Source: Candidatus Micrarchaeota archaeon (lineage in GTDB: Archaea > Micrarchaeota > Micrarchaeia > Micrarchaeales > CABMGC01). From it: DNA of 64,000 nt. The notes beneath the pieces were generated by a model. The model was not told where the DNA came from, did not search any database, and saw only the letters and a list, made by a program, of their open reading frames with translations. Made by a program: the position numbers and the translations under genes. Shown here piece after piece: positions 8,061 through 17,132 of this stretch (positions are counted from its first letter, which is position 1; each line of letters opens with the position of its first letter). The stretch spans positions 12,553 through 76,552 of the forward strand of contig JAGWGW010000003.1 in NCBI GenBank assembly GCA_028867135.1. The letters are read 5' to 3'.

Positions 8061-9515
8061 GTGGTTCGTTTGAAGGGCAAGGATAGACCGGACATAATTT
8101 TCCTGATGCTTGATACGTTCAGGGCTGACGTCCTAAAGATGCATGGAGGAAACCTGAACCTCGAGGCCATAGAGGGCATAAGCAGGAAGGGCACGGTCTA
8201 CGCAAACGCCATAGCTCCAGGCACCTATACAGTGCCATCGCACATGTCCCTTTTCCTCGGCAAGAGGGTCAGGCAGCTGAAGGAACTGAACAAGGACAAG
8301 ATGAAGCACTACGATTCCATGACAGACCCGTTCCTCACAAAGTCTAGATACATAAGGGAAGGGGAGATGACCCTCGCAAAGCACCTCTCGTACCTTGGAT
8401 ACAAGACTGCTATGTTCTCCAACAACGCGCTTGTCTCAAGGCGCACAGGCCTTGCTGAAGGATTCGGCCACGTAGACAACGTATATTTCGACAAAAAGAT
8501 ACCCAAATCCAAGCGCTATGTGAAGTCGGTGCTGAAGCTCGCGGCCAGCGACAGGTGGAGGGGCAAGATAATAGGTCTTGCCTGCAACGTCTCTAGGGCG
8601 ATACCGAAAAGCGAGATGGACAGGCTGTACATCAACCTCAGGACTAAGGTGAACAGGCACTTCGCTGAGGAATACGGTTATTACGAGATGGACCAGGGCG
8701 CATCGCATACCAATTCGCTCGTGAACAGGTACGCGAAAAGCATGGGCGGCGAAAACCAGTTCATATTCATAAATTACATGGAGGCGCACGACGGCTACCC
8801 GACAAACATGATAACTGACGATTATGTCGAACAGGACAAGTGGTTCTACCTTGCTGGAATAGTGGATAAGGAGAATATACATGTGATCAAGGAAGCCTAC
8901 AAGAGAAGGCTGGAATACCTTGACACGAAGATAAGGGAGCTGATGAAGGCCATGAGGGCGAACGGCCTTCTTGACAATGCTGTGCTTGTGATAGCAGGGG
9001 ACCATGGCCAGGCGTTCCTCGAGCACGACCAGATGTTCCACAGCATGTTCCCGTACAACGAGGTCGTGCACGTGCCCTTGATAGCGGGAAGGTTCATCAA
9101 TGGAAAGCAAACAAACACAAGGGATACTGTAAGCAACCCTGTAAGCCTGTCGGCGCTCAACGAGTCGCTTCTCAGGATAGGCTACGGCAAAGAGGATATG
9201 GTTGACGGCAACCTCAGGAGGGACAACTTCGTATTCTCAGACCATGTCGGCATAACGGAGGTGTGGGACACGCCCATACTCAAGGGGATAAAGAACAGGG
9301 TTGAGTCTGCAAGGAAGATATACAGGGAGAAGATGGTGCGCAATACTTTTGCCACAGCGATCTACCACAAGAACTTCAAGCTTATACACTACTACGGCGG
9401 CAGGATGAAGGACGAGCTTTACGATCTGAAGGAGGACCCCATGGAAGAGGAGAACGTCATAAGGGGCAACAGGGGCATTGCGCTGGAGATGCTCGGTCAC
9501 AACAAGACAAGCTGA
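8061..9515 (+). CDS. Sulfatase-like (alkaline-phosphatase superfamily) hydrolase or transferase
   Basis: DIIFLMLDTFRAD metal-site motif and GDHGQAF. The nucleophile motif reads T-V-P-S-H rather than C/S-x-P-x-R. GTG start. Confidence 0.7.
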   Translation: MVRLKGKDRPDIIFLMLDTFRADVLKMHGGNLNLEAIEGISRKGTVYANAIAPGTYTVPSHMSLFLGKRVRQLKELNKDKMKHYDSMTDPFLTKSRYIREGEMTLAKHLSYLGYKTAMFSNNALVSRRTGLAEGFGHVDNVYFDKKIPKSKRYVKSVLKLAASDRWRGKIIGLACNVSRAIPKSEMDRLYINLRTKVNRHFAEEYGYYEMDQGASHTNSLVNRYAKSMGGENQFIFINYMEAHDGYPTNMITDDYVEQDKWFYLAGIVDKENIHVIKEAYKRRLEYLDTKIRELMKAMRANGLLDNAVLVIAGDHGQAFLEHDQMFHSMFPYNEVVHVPLIAGRFINGKQTNTRDTVSNPVSLSALNESLLRIGYGKEDMVDGNLRRDNFVFSDHVGITEVWDTPILKGIKNRVESARKIYREKMVRNTFATAIYHKNFKLIHYYGGRMKDELYDLKEDPMEEENVIRGNRGIALEMLGHNKTS

Positions 9516-10121
9516 TCATACGAGCTTCAGCACGTCGTACATCGTAACGATGCCCACCACCTTCTTCTTGTCTACAACTAGCACAGCGCCCCAGCTCTCG
9601 AGAACCGGCTTGAGCCTCAGCACCTCGGTATCCCTGGCAACCTGGGGCAGCGAAGCCTCCATTATGTCGCGTATCTTGGTCTCCTCCACGCTCTCCGGAG
9701 CCCTTGTCGCTATCTCGAGAAGGTCCTTCTGGTACACCGTGCCTACAGAGTTGCCTTCGGGGTCTATGACCGGTATCTGCGGGAAGTCGTAGTTCTTTAT
9801 TATGGAAATGGCCTGCGCGACTGTTGTGCTGGGTTTTACCGAGAATATGTTCCTGTGCATTATGTTGTGCGCCTTCTTGCTCAGTATCACGCTCCTTCCA
9901 GTCTCCTTCTCAAGGCCGTTCAAGCCTTCGGATATCCTGAATATGGTCTGATAGCTGGGATTAAGGCTCTCTATGTCGCTCTCGATCCTGGCGATCGTGG
10001 CCTGGCTCAGGCCCAGCATCGCAGCGAGCTTCTTCTGGCTGACGCCCAACGCCTTCCTCATGCTCCTCAGCCTGCTTGAGAGCGTATTGAGGTCGTCGAT
10101 ATCGTACGGCATAATTACCAA
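9516..10121 (-). CDS. XRE-type HTH regulator fused to a CBS-domain pair
   Basis: LGVSQKKLAAMLGLSQATIARIE (HTH_3-like), then two CBS-like units (...FPQIPVID..., ...GAVLVVDKKKVVGIVT..D). Confidence 0.75.
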   Translation of the reverse strand: MVIMPYDIDDLNTLSSRLRSMRKALGVSQKKLAAMLGLSQATIARIESDIESLNPSYQTIFRISEGLNGLEKETGRSVILSKKAHNIMHRNIFSVKPSTTVAQAISIIKNYDFPQIPVIDPEGNSVGTVYQKDLLEIATRAPESVEETKIRDIMEASLPQVARDTEVLRLKPVLESWGAVLVVDKKKVVGIVTMYDVLKLV

Positions 10122-10202
10122 CAGTAATATTCCATATTATTATAATTATAACTAAATTTATAAACCTTATAGGCAATATATAACCAAGTTTTAGGGGATT
10201 TA

Positions 10203-11405
10203 TTGAAGAACATATCCATAAGCAGGCTCGAGGACAGCTGCTACATATCGAACAAGAGGGCAGAGTACGTTGAAAGGAAGGGGATAGGCCATCCTGACAG
10301 CCTTATCGACGGCATAGTGGATGCGACAAGCCATGCGCTGAGCAAGGCGTACCTTGAGCAGTGCGATGCGATACTGCACCACAACGTTGACAAGGGGCTG
10401 ATAATAGGCGGCGCATCAGAAGCAAAGTTCGGGTCTGGAAAGATAACAAAGAAGATAGAGGTAATAATAACGGGAAGGGCGACAGAGACATTCGACGGCA
10501 AGAAGATAGACGTCAACGGGATAGCAAAGGATGTCGCACTGAATTACCTAAAGAACAACACAAGGTTCCTTGATGTTGAGAAGGAGGTAACGTTCGAATC
10601 GAAGATAGCAAGGGGAAGCGCAGACCTCATGCACGTATTTGCAAGGGGCGATGGCGTTCCGCTTGCGAACGACACGTCGTTTGGGATAGGGTTTGCGCCG
10701 TTCTCTGACACTGAAAGGCTTGTGCTTGAAACTGAGCGATACCTTAACGGCAAGGAGTACAAGAGCAGGATGCCTGCGGTGGGAGAGGACATCAAGGTCA
10801 TGGGACTAAGGGAGGGCGATACGATAGTGCTCACCATAGCGATCGCTTTCGTCGCACACCTGGTAAAGGACCTCGAGGACTACAACAAACAGAAAGAGCA
10901 GGTAAGGAAGGACGTGGAGAAGCTTGCAAGAAGGGTGGTCGCGAAGGAGGTAATAGTCCACGTGAATACGGCTGATCCGCTCGAGAGCGATGAGGTATAC
11001 CTTACGAAATCGGGGCTCAGCTGCGAAGCCGGGGATGACGGATCCGTGGGAAGGGGAAACAGGGTCAACGGGCTCATTACCCCGTTCAGGCACATGTCGC
11101 TCGAGGCCGCTGCGGGGAAGAACCCGGTCAACCACATAGGCAAGATATACAACTTCCTTGCGACGCAGATGGCCAGCAGCATAGTGAAGGAACAGCCATC
11201 GATACTTGAATGCGACATAGCTGTATTGTCGCAGATAGGCAAGAGGATAGACGAGCCGCAGAACCTGAACATGGAGCTCGTCGTTGACAAAGGCGTCGAC
11301 TTCAAGAACGTGGAGAGCAAGTCGAGGTACCAGGCCGAGAAATGGCTCGAGGACCTTAACGACTTCACGATTGACATATCCCTGGGAAAGTACATGGCAT
11401 TCTGA
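10203..11405 (+). CDS. metK: Archaeal-type S-adenosylmethionine synthetase
   Basis: 400 aa; ERKGIGHPDSLIDGI, GDDGSVGRGNR; TTG start. Confidence 0.9.
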   Translation: MKNISISRLEDSCYISNKRAEYVERKGIGHPDSLIDGIVDATSHALSKAYLEQCDAILHHNVDKGLIIGGASEAKFGSGKITKKIEVIITGRATETFDGKKIDVNGIAKDVALNYLKNNTRFLDVEKEVTFESKIARGSADLMHVFARGDGVPLANDTSFGIGFAPFSDTERLVLETERYLNGKEYKSRMPAVGEDIKVMGLREGDTIVLTIAIAFVAHLVKDLEDYNKQKEQVRKDVEKLARRVVAKEVIVHVNTADPLESDEVYLTKSGLSCEAGDDGSVGRGNRVNGLITPFRHMSLEAAAGKNPVNHIGKIYNFLATQMASSIVKEQPSILECDIAVLSQIGKRIDEPQNLNMELVVDKGVDFKNVESKSRYQAEKWLEDLNDFTIDISLGKYMAF

Positions 11406-11406
11406 G

Positions 11407-11649
11407 GTGTACGCATTGCACGACGTCGTAAGAGCGATAAACAAGCAAATAGGTAGGGGATGCCTGCAGGAAGGCCCACAGAACGGGATCAAGGTCGTGG
11501 GCTTCGACAGAAAGCTTCTGGAACTGGCAAGGAGGCCAGGCGAGACCACGCTAATCCAGACATTCAGGAGGGTTGTGAACGAGGCCATAGAGGCCGATAG
11601 AGATGCCCAAGCTGGCGATGGGAAGGCGCAGCGACACGGCAAGGCATGA
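11407..11649 (+). CDS. Small hypothetical ORF (about 80 aa, GTG start)
   Basis: Tail of track ORF 11284..11649 beyond the metK stop. VYALHDVVRAINKQ...TFRRVVNEAIEAD looks protein-like but has no family. Overlaps the next ORF. Confidence 0.25.
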   Translation: MYALHDVVRAINKQIGRGCLQEGPQNGIKVVGFDRKLLELARRPGETTLIQTFRRVVNEAIEADRDAQAGDGKAQRHGKA

Positions 11650-11812
11650 ATTGATGAGCATCATCAATTTACGCGCTGCCAAAAAGAGGAGGCTTATCAA
11701 GGAGGTATTCAGGGAGCTCGGGCAGGCAAAGGATGAGTATGGCAACGTAGCGGCCAGCTTCATGGTAAAAACCAGGAGGAGCGGTCCAAAGGAGGGCAAG
11801 CAGCCCCGCTGA
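11603..11812 (+). CDS. Small basic hypothetical ORF (69 aa)
   Basis: ATG ORF in the metK to rps10 spacer. No recognisable motif. Confidence 0.25.
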   Translation: MPKLAMGRRSDTARHELMSIINLRAAKKRRLIKEVFRELGQAKDEYGNVAASFMVKTRRSGPKEGKQPR

Positions 11813-11865
11813 AGGCCCATCTCTTAATCGGCTATTACGGCAAACGAGTTTTACTGAGAATAAGT

Positions 11866-12171
11866 TTAAGAGAGGGTCATCTCGATCTGGACAGTGTCCG
11901 GAACAGGGATCCTCATCACCTGCCTCAGGGCCTGTTCGCTTCCCTCTATCTCGATAAGCCTGTAATGGATCCTCATCTGCCAGTGCTCGAACGTGTGCGC
12001 GCCGTCTCCGCAGGGAGTCTTCCTTGTTGATATCGAGAGCCTTTTTGTAGGAAGAGGTATGGGTCCCTTGTACTTTATGCCCATGCTCTTTGCAATCTCG
12101 ACTATCTTGTCGACGATGCCCCTTGCGTCCTCCTGCTTCCTGCTTATTATCTTTATCCTGGCTGTTGGCAA
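11866..12171 (-). CDS. rps10: 30S ribosomal protein S10 (uS10)
   Basis: RIKIISRK...KGPIPLPTKRL...HYRLIEIEG. Lies directly downstream of tuf, as in archaeal operons. Confidence 0.95.
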   Translation of the reverse strand: MPTARIKIISRKQEDARGIVDKIVEIAKSMGIKYKGPIPLPTKRLSISTRKTPCGDGAHTFEHWQMRIHYRLIEIEGSEQALRQVMRIPVPDTVQIEMTLS

Positions 12172-12178
12172 GTCATCA

Positions 12179-13447
12179 TCACTGCTTCTTGGTTATGTCG
12201 AGTATTACGCCTGCAGCTACCGTCTGCCCCATGTCCCTGATCGCGAACCTGCCTAGCTGAGGGAACTCGCTGTACTTCTCAACGCAAATCGGCTTTGTGG
12301 GCTTGACCTTGACCAGCGCCACATCCCCGTTCTTGATGAGCTCAGGGTTCTTCTGGAGCGTCTGCCCTGTCTTGGGGTCCTTCTTCTCCATTATCTCCAT
12401 TATCGTAGCGGCTATCTGCATCGTGTGCAGGTGGAAGACAGGAGTGTATCCAGGTACTATTGCAGTAGGATGGTTGATCACCACTATCTGCGCGGTGAAC
12501 TCCGTGGCCACAGTTGGCGGTGAAGTTGCTGGTCCGATTACGTCTCCCCTCTTGATGTCCTTCTTGTCTACGCCCTTTATGTTGAAGCCTACGTTGTCGC
12601 CAGGCTCGGCCTTCTGGAGCTGCTGGTGATGCATCTCTATGGACTTGATCTCGGTCTTGACGCCGCTGGGCATTATGATCACCTGGTCGCCAGGCTTCAT
12701 CGTGCCTGTCTCGACTCTTCCTACAGGGACTGTCCCGAATCCTGCTATTGAGTATACGTCCTGTACAGGCAGCCTCAATGGCTTGTCGGTCGGCTTCTTT
12801 GGAACCTGCAGCGTGTCAAGCGCCTCGAGAAGCGTAGGTCCGGTGTACCATGGAATCTTGTCGGATTTGCTCGATACGTTGATCCCCTCGAGAGCCGAAT
12901 AAGGTACGAAAAGTATCTTTGCAGGATCGTATCCCACTGTCTTGAGCAGCTCTGTGACCTTGTTCTTCGCGTCGTCGAACTTGCCCCTGTCGTAGCTTGC
13001 CGCGTCTATCTTGTTAAGCCCAACTATCAGCTGCGATATTCCGAGAACTCTTGCAAGGTATGCATGCTCCCTTGTCTGGCTCTGAATCCCGTCAGGAGTG
13101 GATACCACAAGAACCGCTGCGTCTGCCTGGCTTGCCCCGGTGATCATGTTCTTTACGAAATCACGGTGTCCAGGCGCATCTATGATCGTGAAGTAGAACT
13201 TTGGGGTCTGGAAGTCCCTGTGCATTATGTCGATCGTTATTCCTCTCTCTCGTTCCTCCTTGAGCTGGTCCATTACGAATGCGAACTCGAATGTGGGCCT
13301 GTTATACTTTGCAACCTCTTCCTTGAGCTTCTTCATGTCCTGCTCTGTTACCGACTTCGTGTCGTAAAGCAGTCTTCCTACTGTCGTTGACTTTCCGTGG
13401 TCTATGTGCCCTATGAAGATCAGATTCATGTGCGGCTTGTCTACCAT
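12179..13447 (-). CDS. tuf: Elongation factor 1-alpha
   Basis: [27 protein letters not shown] GTPase motifs; 422 aa. Confidence 0.97.
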   Translation of the reverse strand: MVDKPHMNLIFIGHIDHGKSTTVGRLLYDTKSVTEQDMKKLKEEVAKYNRPTFEFAFVMDQLKEERERGITIDIMHRDFQTPKFYFTIIDAPGHRDFVKNMITGASQADAAVLVVSTPDGIQSQTREHAYLARVLGISQLIVGLNKIDAASYDRGKFDDAKNKVTELLKTVGYDPAKILFVPYSALEGINVSSKSDKIPWYTGPTLLEALDTLQVPKKPTDKPLRLPVQDVYSIAGFGTVPVGRVETGTMKPGDQVIIMPSGVKTEIKSIEMHHQQLQKAEPGDNVGFNIKGVDKKDIKRGDVIGPATSPPTVATEFTAQIVVINHPTAIVPGYTPVFHLHTMQIAATIMEIMEKKDPKTGQTLQKNPELIKNGDVALVKVKPTKPICVEKYSEFPQLGRFAIRDMGQTVAAGVILDITKKQ

Positions 13448-13585
13448 ATAATTTCACCAATCGTAAATACTCGAAAGCCTTTTACCTCTGAAAACCAGCG
13501 AAAAAGGACAATGTGGCTGTGCTAATAGTATATTGTGAAACGTATTTAAACCTTTTGCTAGATTTGCAGAGGCAATTCGCGCTTT

Positions 13586-14341
13586 TCAGTGCCTGAGCTG
13601 CGATGCCGCCTCCTCATCGAGCATGAACGTGGCCCTGGGATGCATCCGCACAATGCTGGCCGGCACGTGCTCGGTTATGGGCTCTTCCAGCGCCTCCCTG
13701 ATGATCTCCGCTTTTGCGACTCCGGTGGCTATCAGGATTATGCTCCTTGATTCGAGTATGGTGCCTATGCCCATTGTCGAGGCTCGCGTTGGCGAGCTCC
13801 CGTTATTGATGTACTTCGCATTGTCATGTATCGTTGAATCTGCAAGGTCCACTATGTGAGTCCTGGAATCGAACGGCGTTCCGGGCTCGTTAAAGGCTAT
13901 GTGGCCGTTCGTTCCTATCCCAAGATACTGCAGGTCTATGCCGCCGGCATCCTTAATGCTCCTCTCAAATGAAAGCACATCCCTTCCAGGCAGATGCGTG
14001 CTCCTTATGTCGGTCAGATCCTCAAGGTTCACCTTCATGTAGTTCCTGTACGAATCGGGGTTCCTCGGGTCCATTCCCAGGTATTCGTCAAGGTTGAACG
14101 GTATCACGTGCCTGAGCGAGATCCTGTTTGCTTTTACCTCGCTGACAATCCTTTTGTATAGAGGGACCATCGTTCCCCCTGTCGCAAACCCTACTACCGG
14201 GTGCCTGATGTCCCTGTTCCTTGCCAGGTCAAGGAACGGAGCCGCTGCCTCGCCAAACAGCCTCTCCCTGTCCTTGTAGACAAGCACCCTTGCTCCGTCA
14301 ACTTTGCTCACCCTCCTTGTGCCCTCGGATATGCTTCCCAT
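13586..14341 (-). CDS. nagB: Glucosamine-6-phosphate deaminase / 6-phosphogluconolactonase family
   Basis: GFATGGTMVPLY, NLDEYLG, GIGTNGHIAFNEPG. Confidence 0.8.
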   Translation of the reverse strand: MGSISEGTRRVSKVDGARVLVYKDRERLFGEAAAPFLDLARNRDIRHPVVGFATGGTMVPLYKRIVSEVKANRISLRHVIPFNLDEYLGMDPRNPDSYRNYMKVNLEDLTDIRSTHLPGRDVLSFERSIKDAGGIDLQYLGIGTNGHIAFNEPGTPFDSRTHIVDLADSTIHDNAKYINNGSSPTRASTMGIGTILESRSIILIATGVAKAEIIREALEEPITEHVPASIVRMHPRATFMLDEEAASQLRH

Positions 14342-14619
14342 AGCACCATTGTATAATTCCTAGATATTTAAACCGTTCAGTTGCAAAAACCTGGCTCTTC
14401 AATGTTCAGAGATGACTACCAAACAAAAAGAAAGTTTTTAAAAGATTTTATGGCGCATTTTGGTATGGGGTAAGGAAATGGAGTGGTATATGGGATACCA
14501 GTGGGACTACGAGGCAGAAGAAGGGGATGGCTACAGGCAGGAAATCGAGGACTAGCCTATGCGCACGATGCTGGCTGGGCCTTTTTGGCTCAGCCCAACT
14601 GCGCCACATACGTGCGTCT

Positions 14620-14928
14620 CTATCTTGCCATTTCGCTGCTGCGCCTGACAGCGGTCAGAACTGCGTCAGCGGTCGCGTATGCGCGTTCCGCCATTTTGTT
14701 CAACACGGCCCGCGCCTCGTTCTCGTTCCTGCATCTGCCTGTTATCGGATCCCTTCTGAGCATTCTTATCGTCCTTCTGTAGTCTGCATTGTCCTCGAAT
14801 GCGGTTCCCGCCTTTGAGTGGCTCCTTATTGTGAGCGTCGCTACCTTCGGCCCAGGCATTCCGTACAACGATTGGCGTACATCAAGCTCGCTCCTTTTTC
14901 TCGAGTCGGAAAATTCTATGTATGGCAA
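14620..14928 (-). CDS. Hypothetical protein (102 aa)
   Basis: TTG start, with TTAAATA about 30 nt upstream on the minus strand. More protein-like than the two overlapping plus-strand ORFs. Divergent from the JAB gene. Confidence 0.4.
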   Translation of the reverse strand: MPYIEFSDSRKRSELDVRQSLYGMPGPKVATLTIRSHSKAGTAFEDNADYRRTIRMLRRDPITGRCRNENEARAVLNKMAERAYATADAVLTAVRRSSEMAR

Positions 14929-15062
14929 CGAATCACGCTCTAGTGTATTGCTTTGTGCTATTTAAGTTTATGCGTGGCGTATGCAGCCCGAGAATGCCAC
15001 CAAATCCGTCTTCGGGCGTAGTTTTTGACTAAGCTTATATACCAGGGAATGATAGCCTTATT

Positions 15063-15863
15063 ATGGCAAATAAGACCACTCAGAGCCACGCCTCTGCACT
15101 GCAGTCACTGAAGGCTGCAAGGAGAGAGGATGCTGAGAGGGCGTCCGATGCGCTATTCAGGGTTAGGAGAGGCAGCACAAGGATGGGGGTGGAGGATGTC
15201 ACTGCAGATTACCTGTACAGGCTATTCGTCTCGAGGCAGTTCTCGCGCAGGATCGGCATATCTCTCAGGAATACCGAAAGGCTTGGAGTCGAATCGGGCT
15301 TTCTTGCGTTCAGGCAGTCGGATTCGCAGTTCACAAGGCTCACCAAGCCCGAGAAGGGCACGCATGAGGAGATAAATTTCGACCTGCTCAAGCATGAAGG
15401 CGGGTTTGCCAGGATGTTCGGGAGCCAGTTCATCCAGATAGCCGCATTTCACACGCACCCAAAGAGACACGTTGCCGTGCCGTCTATCGGGGACATGGAA
15501 AACGCAATCTCGCAAAGGCCCTCGTTCGACCCTTATCCGCACAGGTCTGGAATTACCATCCGCGCGTTTACGATAGAGATGATAAGCATACAGAGCGCGA
15601 AGGGGGCCGAGATGCTGGCATTCCAGAAGGATCCCAGGACAGGCAGGCCGGACGAGGAGATGCGCTCTGAGCTTGAGCGGCTGAATTACGAGCTCTCGGA
15701 CAAGAGCCTGAAAAGCGTCGATGTGGTAGACATAATGGAGAGCTACAGCTACAGGGCGACGGTTGTCGGTATAAACGGCGAAGGCGCCATCAAAAGAGGC
15801 GATGCAGAGGCGCTTGCGCTGAAATTCGCATACAGGCCCTCGACATCGACTGCCATCCTTTGA
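15063..15863 (+). CDS. JAB/MPN (JAMM) metalloprotease-domain protein
   Basis: E78 (GVESGFLAF) plus H130-T-H132-P-x6-P-S141-x2-D144 (AAFHTHPKRHVAVPSIGD), which is a JAMM/RadC-like zinc site. The N-terminal 70 aa are unassigned. Confidence 0.7.
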   Translation: MANKTTQSHASALQSLKAARREDAERASDALFRVRRGSTRMGVEDVTADYLYRLFVSRQFSRRIGISLRNTERLGVESGFLAFRQSDSQFTRLTKPEKGTHEEINFDLLKHEGGFARMFGSQFIQIAAFHTHPKRHVAVPSIGDMENAISQRPSFDPYPHRSGITIRAFTIEMISIQSAKGAEMLAFQKDPRTGRPDEEMRSELERLNYELSDKSLKSVDVVDIMESYSYRATVVGINGEGAIKRGDAEALALKFAYRPSTSTAIL

Positions 15864-15989
15864 AGTTGTTTCGCACGGAACATCCTGGTGGCAGTTCCAT
15901 TGGTGCCGGTGCACACCAAAATAACGAAAATTCGTTATTAAACGTGCTATTCTAGACGCTTATATATCAAATCTGGCATAAATTGTTTC

Positions 15990-16247
15990 GTGGATTATAT
16001 GGCTACTAGAGAGAGAACATTGGAGGACGATGTAACGCATGCGCTTACTCATGCGTTTCGTAGCTACCCGTATGATACGATTAATGTAGCTAAAAGGGTT
16101 TCTGCAGAATTAAGGAAGATGGGAATCGAATTCCTCACCCCTGAACAGAGAACAGGCCTGAGTAAAATAAGCAATGAACTTGCAGGTTTAGTCAGGACAG
16201 AGGTTCATCGTACCCAGGAACGCATGCGCATGGGTCATTACAGCTAA
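15990..16247 (+). CDS. Hypothetical protein (85 aa)
   Basis: ORF between the JAB gene and tRNA-Gln. Codon choice (cgt, acg, tta) looks atypical for this window. No motif. Confidence 0.4.
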   Translation: MDYMATRERTLEDDVTHALTHAFRSYPYDTINVAKRVSAELRKMGIEFLTPEQRTGLSKISNELAGLVRTEVHRTQERMRMGHYS

Positions 16248-16263
16248 CGAACTGCAAGTAGTT

Positions 16264-16336
16264 TAGCCCCAGCCAGATTCGAACTGGCGTTAGCGGGTTC
16301 AGAGCCCGCTGTCCTTGACCACTAGACTATGGGGCT
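16264..16336 (-). tRNA. tRNA-Gln (anticodon CUG)
   Basis: Reverse complement AGCCCCA-TA-GTCT..GGAC-A-GCGGG-CTCTGAA-CCCGC-TAAC-GCCAG-TTCGAAT-CTGGC-TGGGGCT-A. All stems are perfect. No encoded CCA. Confidence 0.9.
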
Positions 16337-16391
16337 ATGTTTAACGAAACATTGCTATTTGCTTTTATAAGGTTTGTTGTGATAGATTAGC

Positions 16392-17132
16392 ATGCAAACG
16401 ATCTACACTGGCAGTTCCATTTCGTCAACCGAGGTAAAGAACATAGTGGTCGCAGATGTGGTGCTCACCATCGCCTTCGCGCTTGTGTTTTCAGGAGGGC
16501 TTGGCAACCTGTTCGGCGCTGGAGGTTCTTTGCCAGGATTCATCGCGCTCATACCCATAGCCTTCGTTGCGGTCTCATTGTCATTTGTACTGCACGAGCT
16601 TATGCACAAGGTAGTAGCACAGAGGTACGGAGCTGCTGCTGCATTCAGGGCATCGAAAGATGGACTCCTGATAACGATCGTCAGCGGCGCGATAGGCTTC
16701 CTTATAGGCATACCTGGCGCGACTGTCATATTCGCGAGCAACTTCTCAAAAAGGCAGGAGGCATTGGTCTCGCTCGCAGGTCCTCTCACGAACTTTGCTG
16801 TATTCCTCGGCTTCCTCTCAGTATCGATAATATGGCATGGATACCTCTCGCACCACGCCTATCTTACGACACTTGTGGGCACCACGCTCTTCATAAGCGT
16901 CTGGATAGCCTTTTTCAACATGCTGCCCGTATACCCGCTTGACGGCAGCAAGGTCCTTAGATGGAACAAGTTCATCTACATCGGCGTGCTTGCCGTGATA
17001 TTCCTGTTCTTCTACGTCACAGCGGTCCTCTACTTCCAGATATACTCGCCGGTAGGGCTGATACTGAACCTTGTTGTGGTGCTTGTGCTGGCGCTTATAA
17101 TGTCGAGCATAGCGACGGGCATAAGGATATAG
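16392..17132 (+). CDS. Site-2 protease family (peptidase M50) intramembrane metalloprotease
   Basis: HELMHKVVAQ (HExxH) and FNMLPVYPLDGSKV (LDG motif). Multi-TM. Confidence 0.85.
   Translation: MQTIYTGSSISSTEVKNIVVADVVLTIAFALVFSGGLGNLFGAGGSLPGFIALIPIAFVAVSLSFVLHELMHKVVAQRYGAAAAFRASKDGLLITIVSGAIGFLIGIPGATVIFASNFSKRQEALVSLAGPLTNFAVFLGFLSVSIIWHGYLSHHAYLTTLVGTTLFISVWIAFFNMLPVYPLDGSKVLRWNKFIYIGVLAVIFLFFYVTAVLYFQIYSPVGLILNLVVVLVLALIMSSIATGIRI

Noticed and set aside
14483-14817. Two overlapping plus-strand ORFs (99 and 96 aa)
   Set aside because: They give A/R/L-rich, low-information translations. The minus-strand ORF 14620..14928 is more protein-like and has a TATA-like element upstream.
15222-15914. 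230-aa minus-strand ORF overlapping the JAB gene
   Set aside because: The plus-strand frame carries the complete JAMM motif set. The minus frame is R/P/H-rich shadow sequence.
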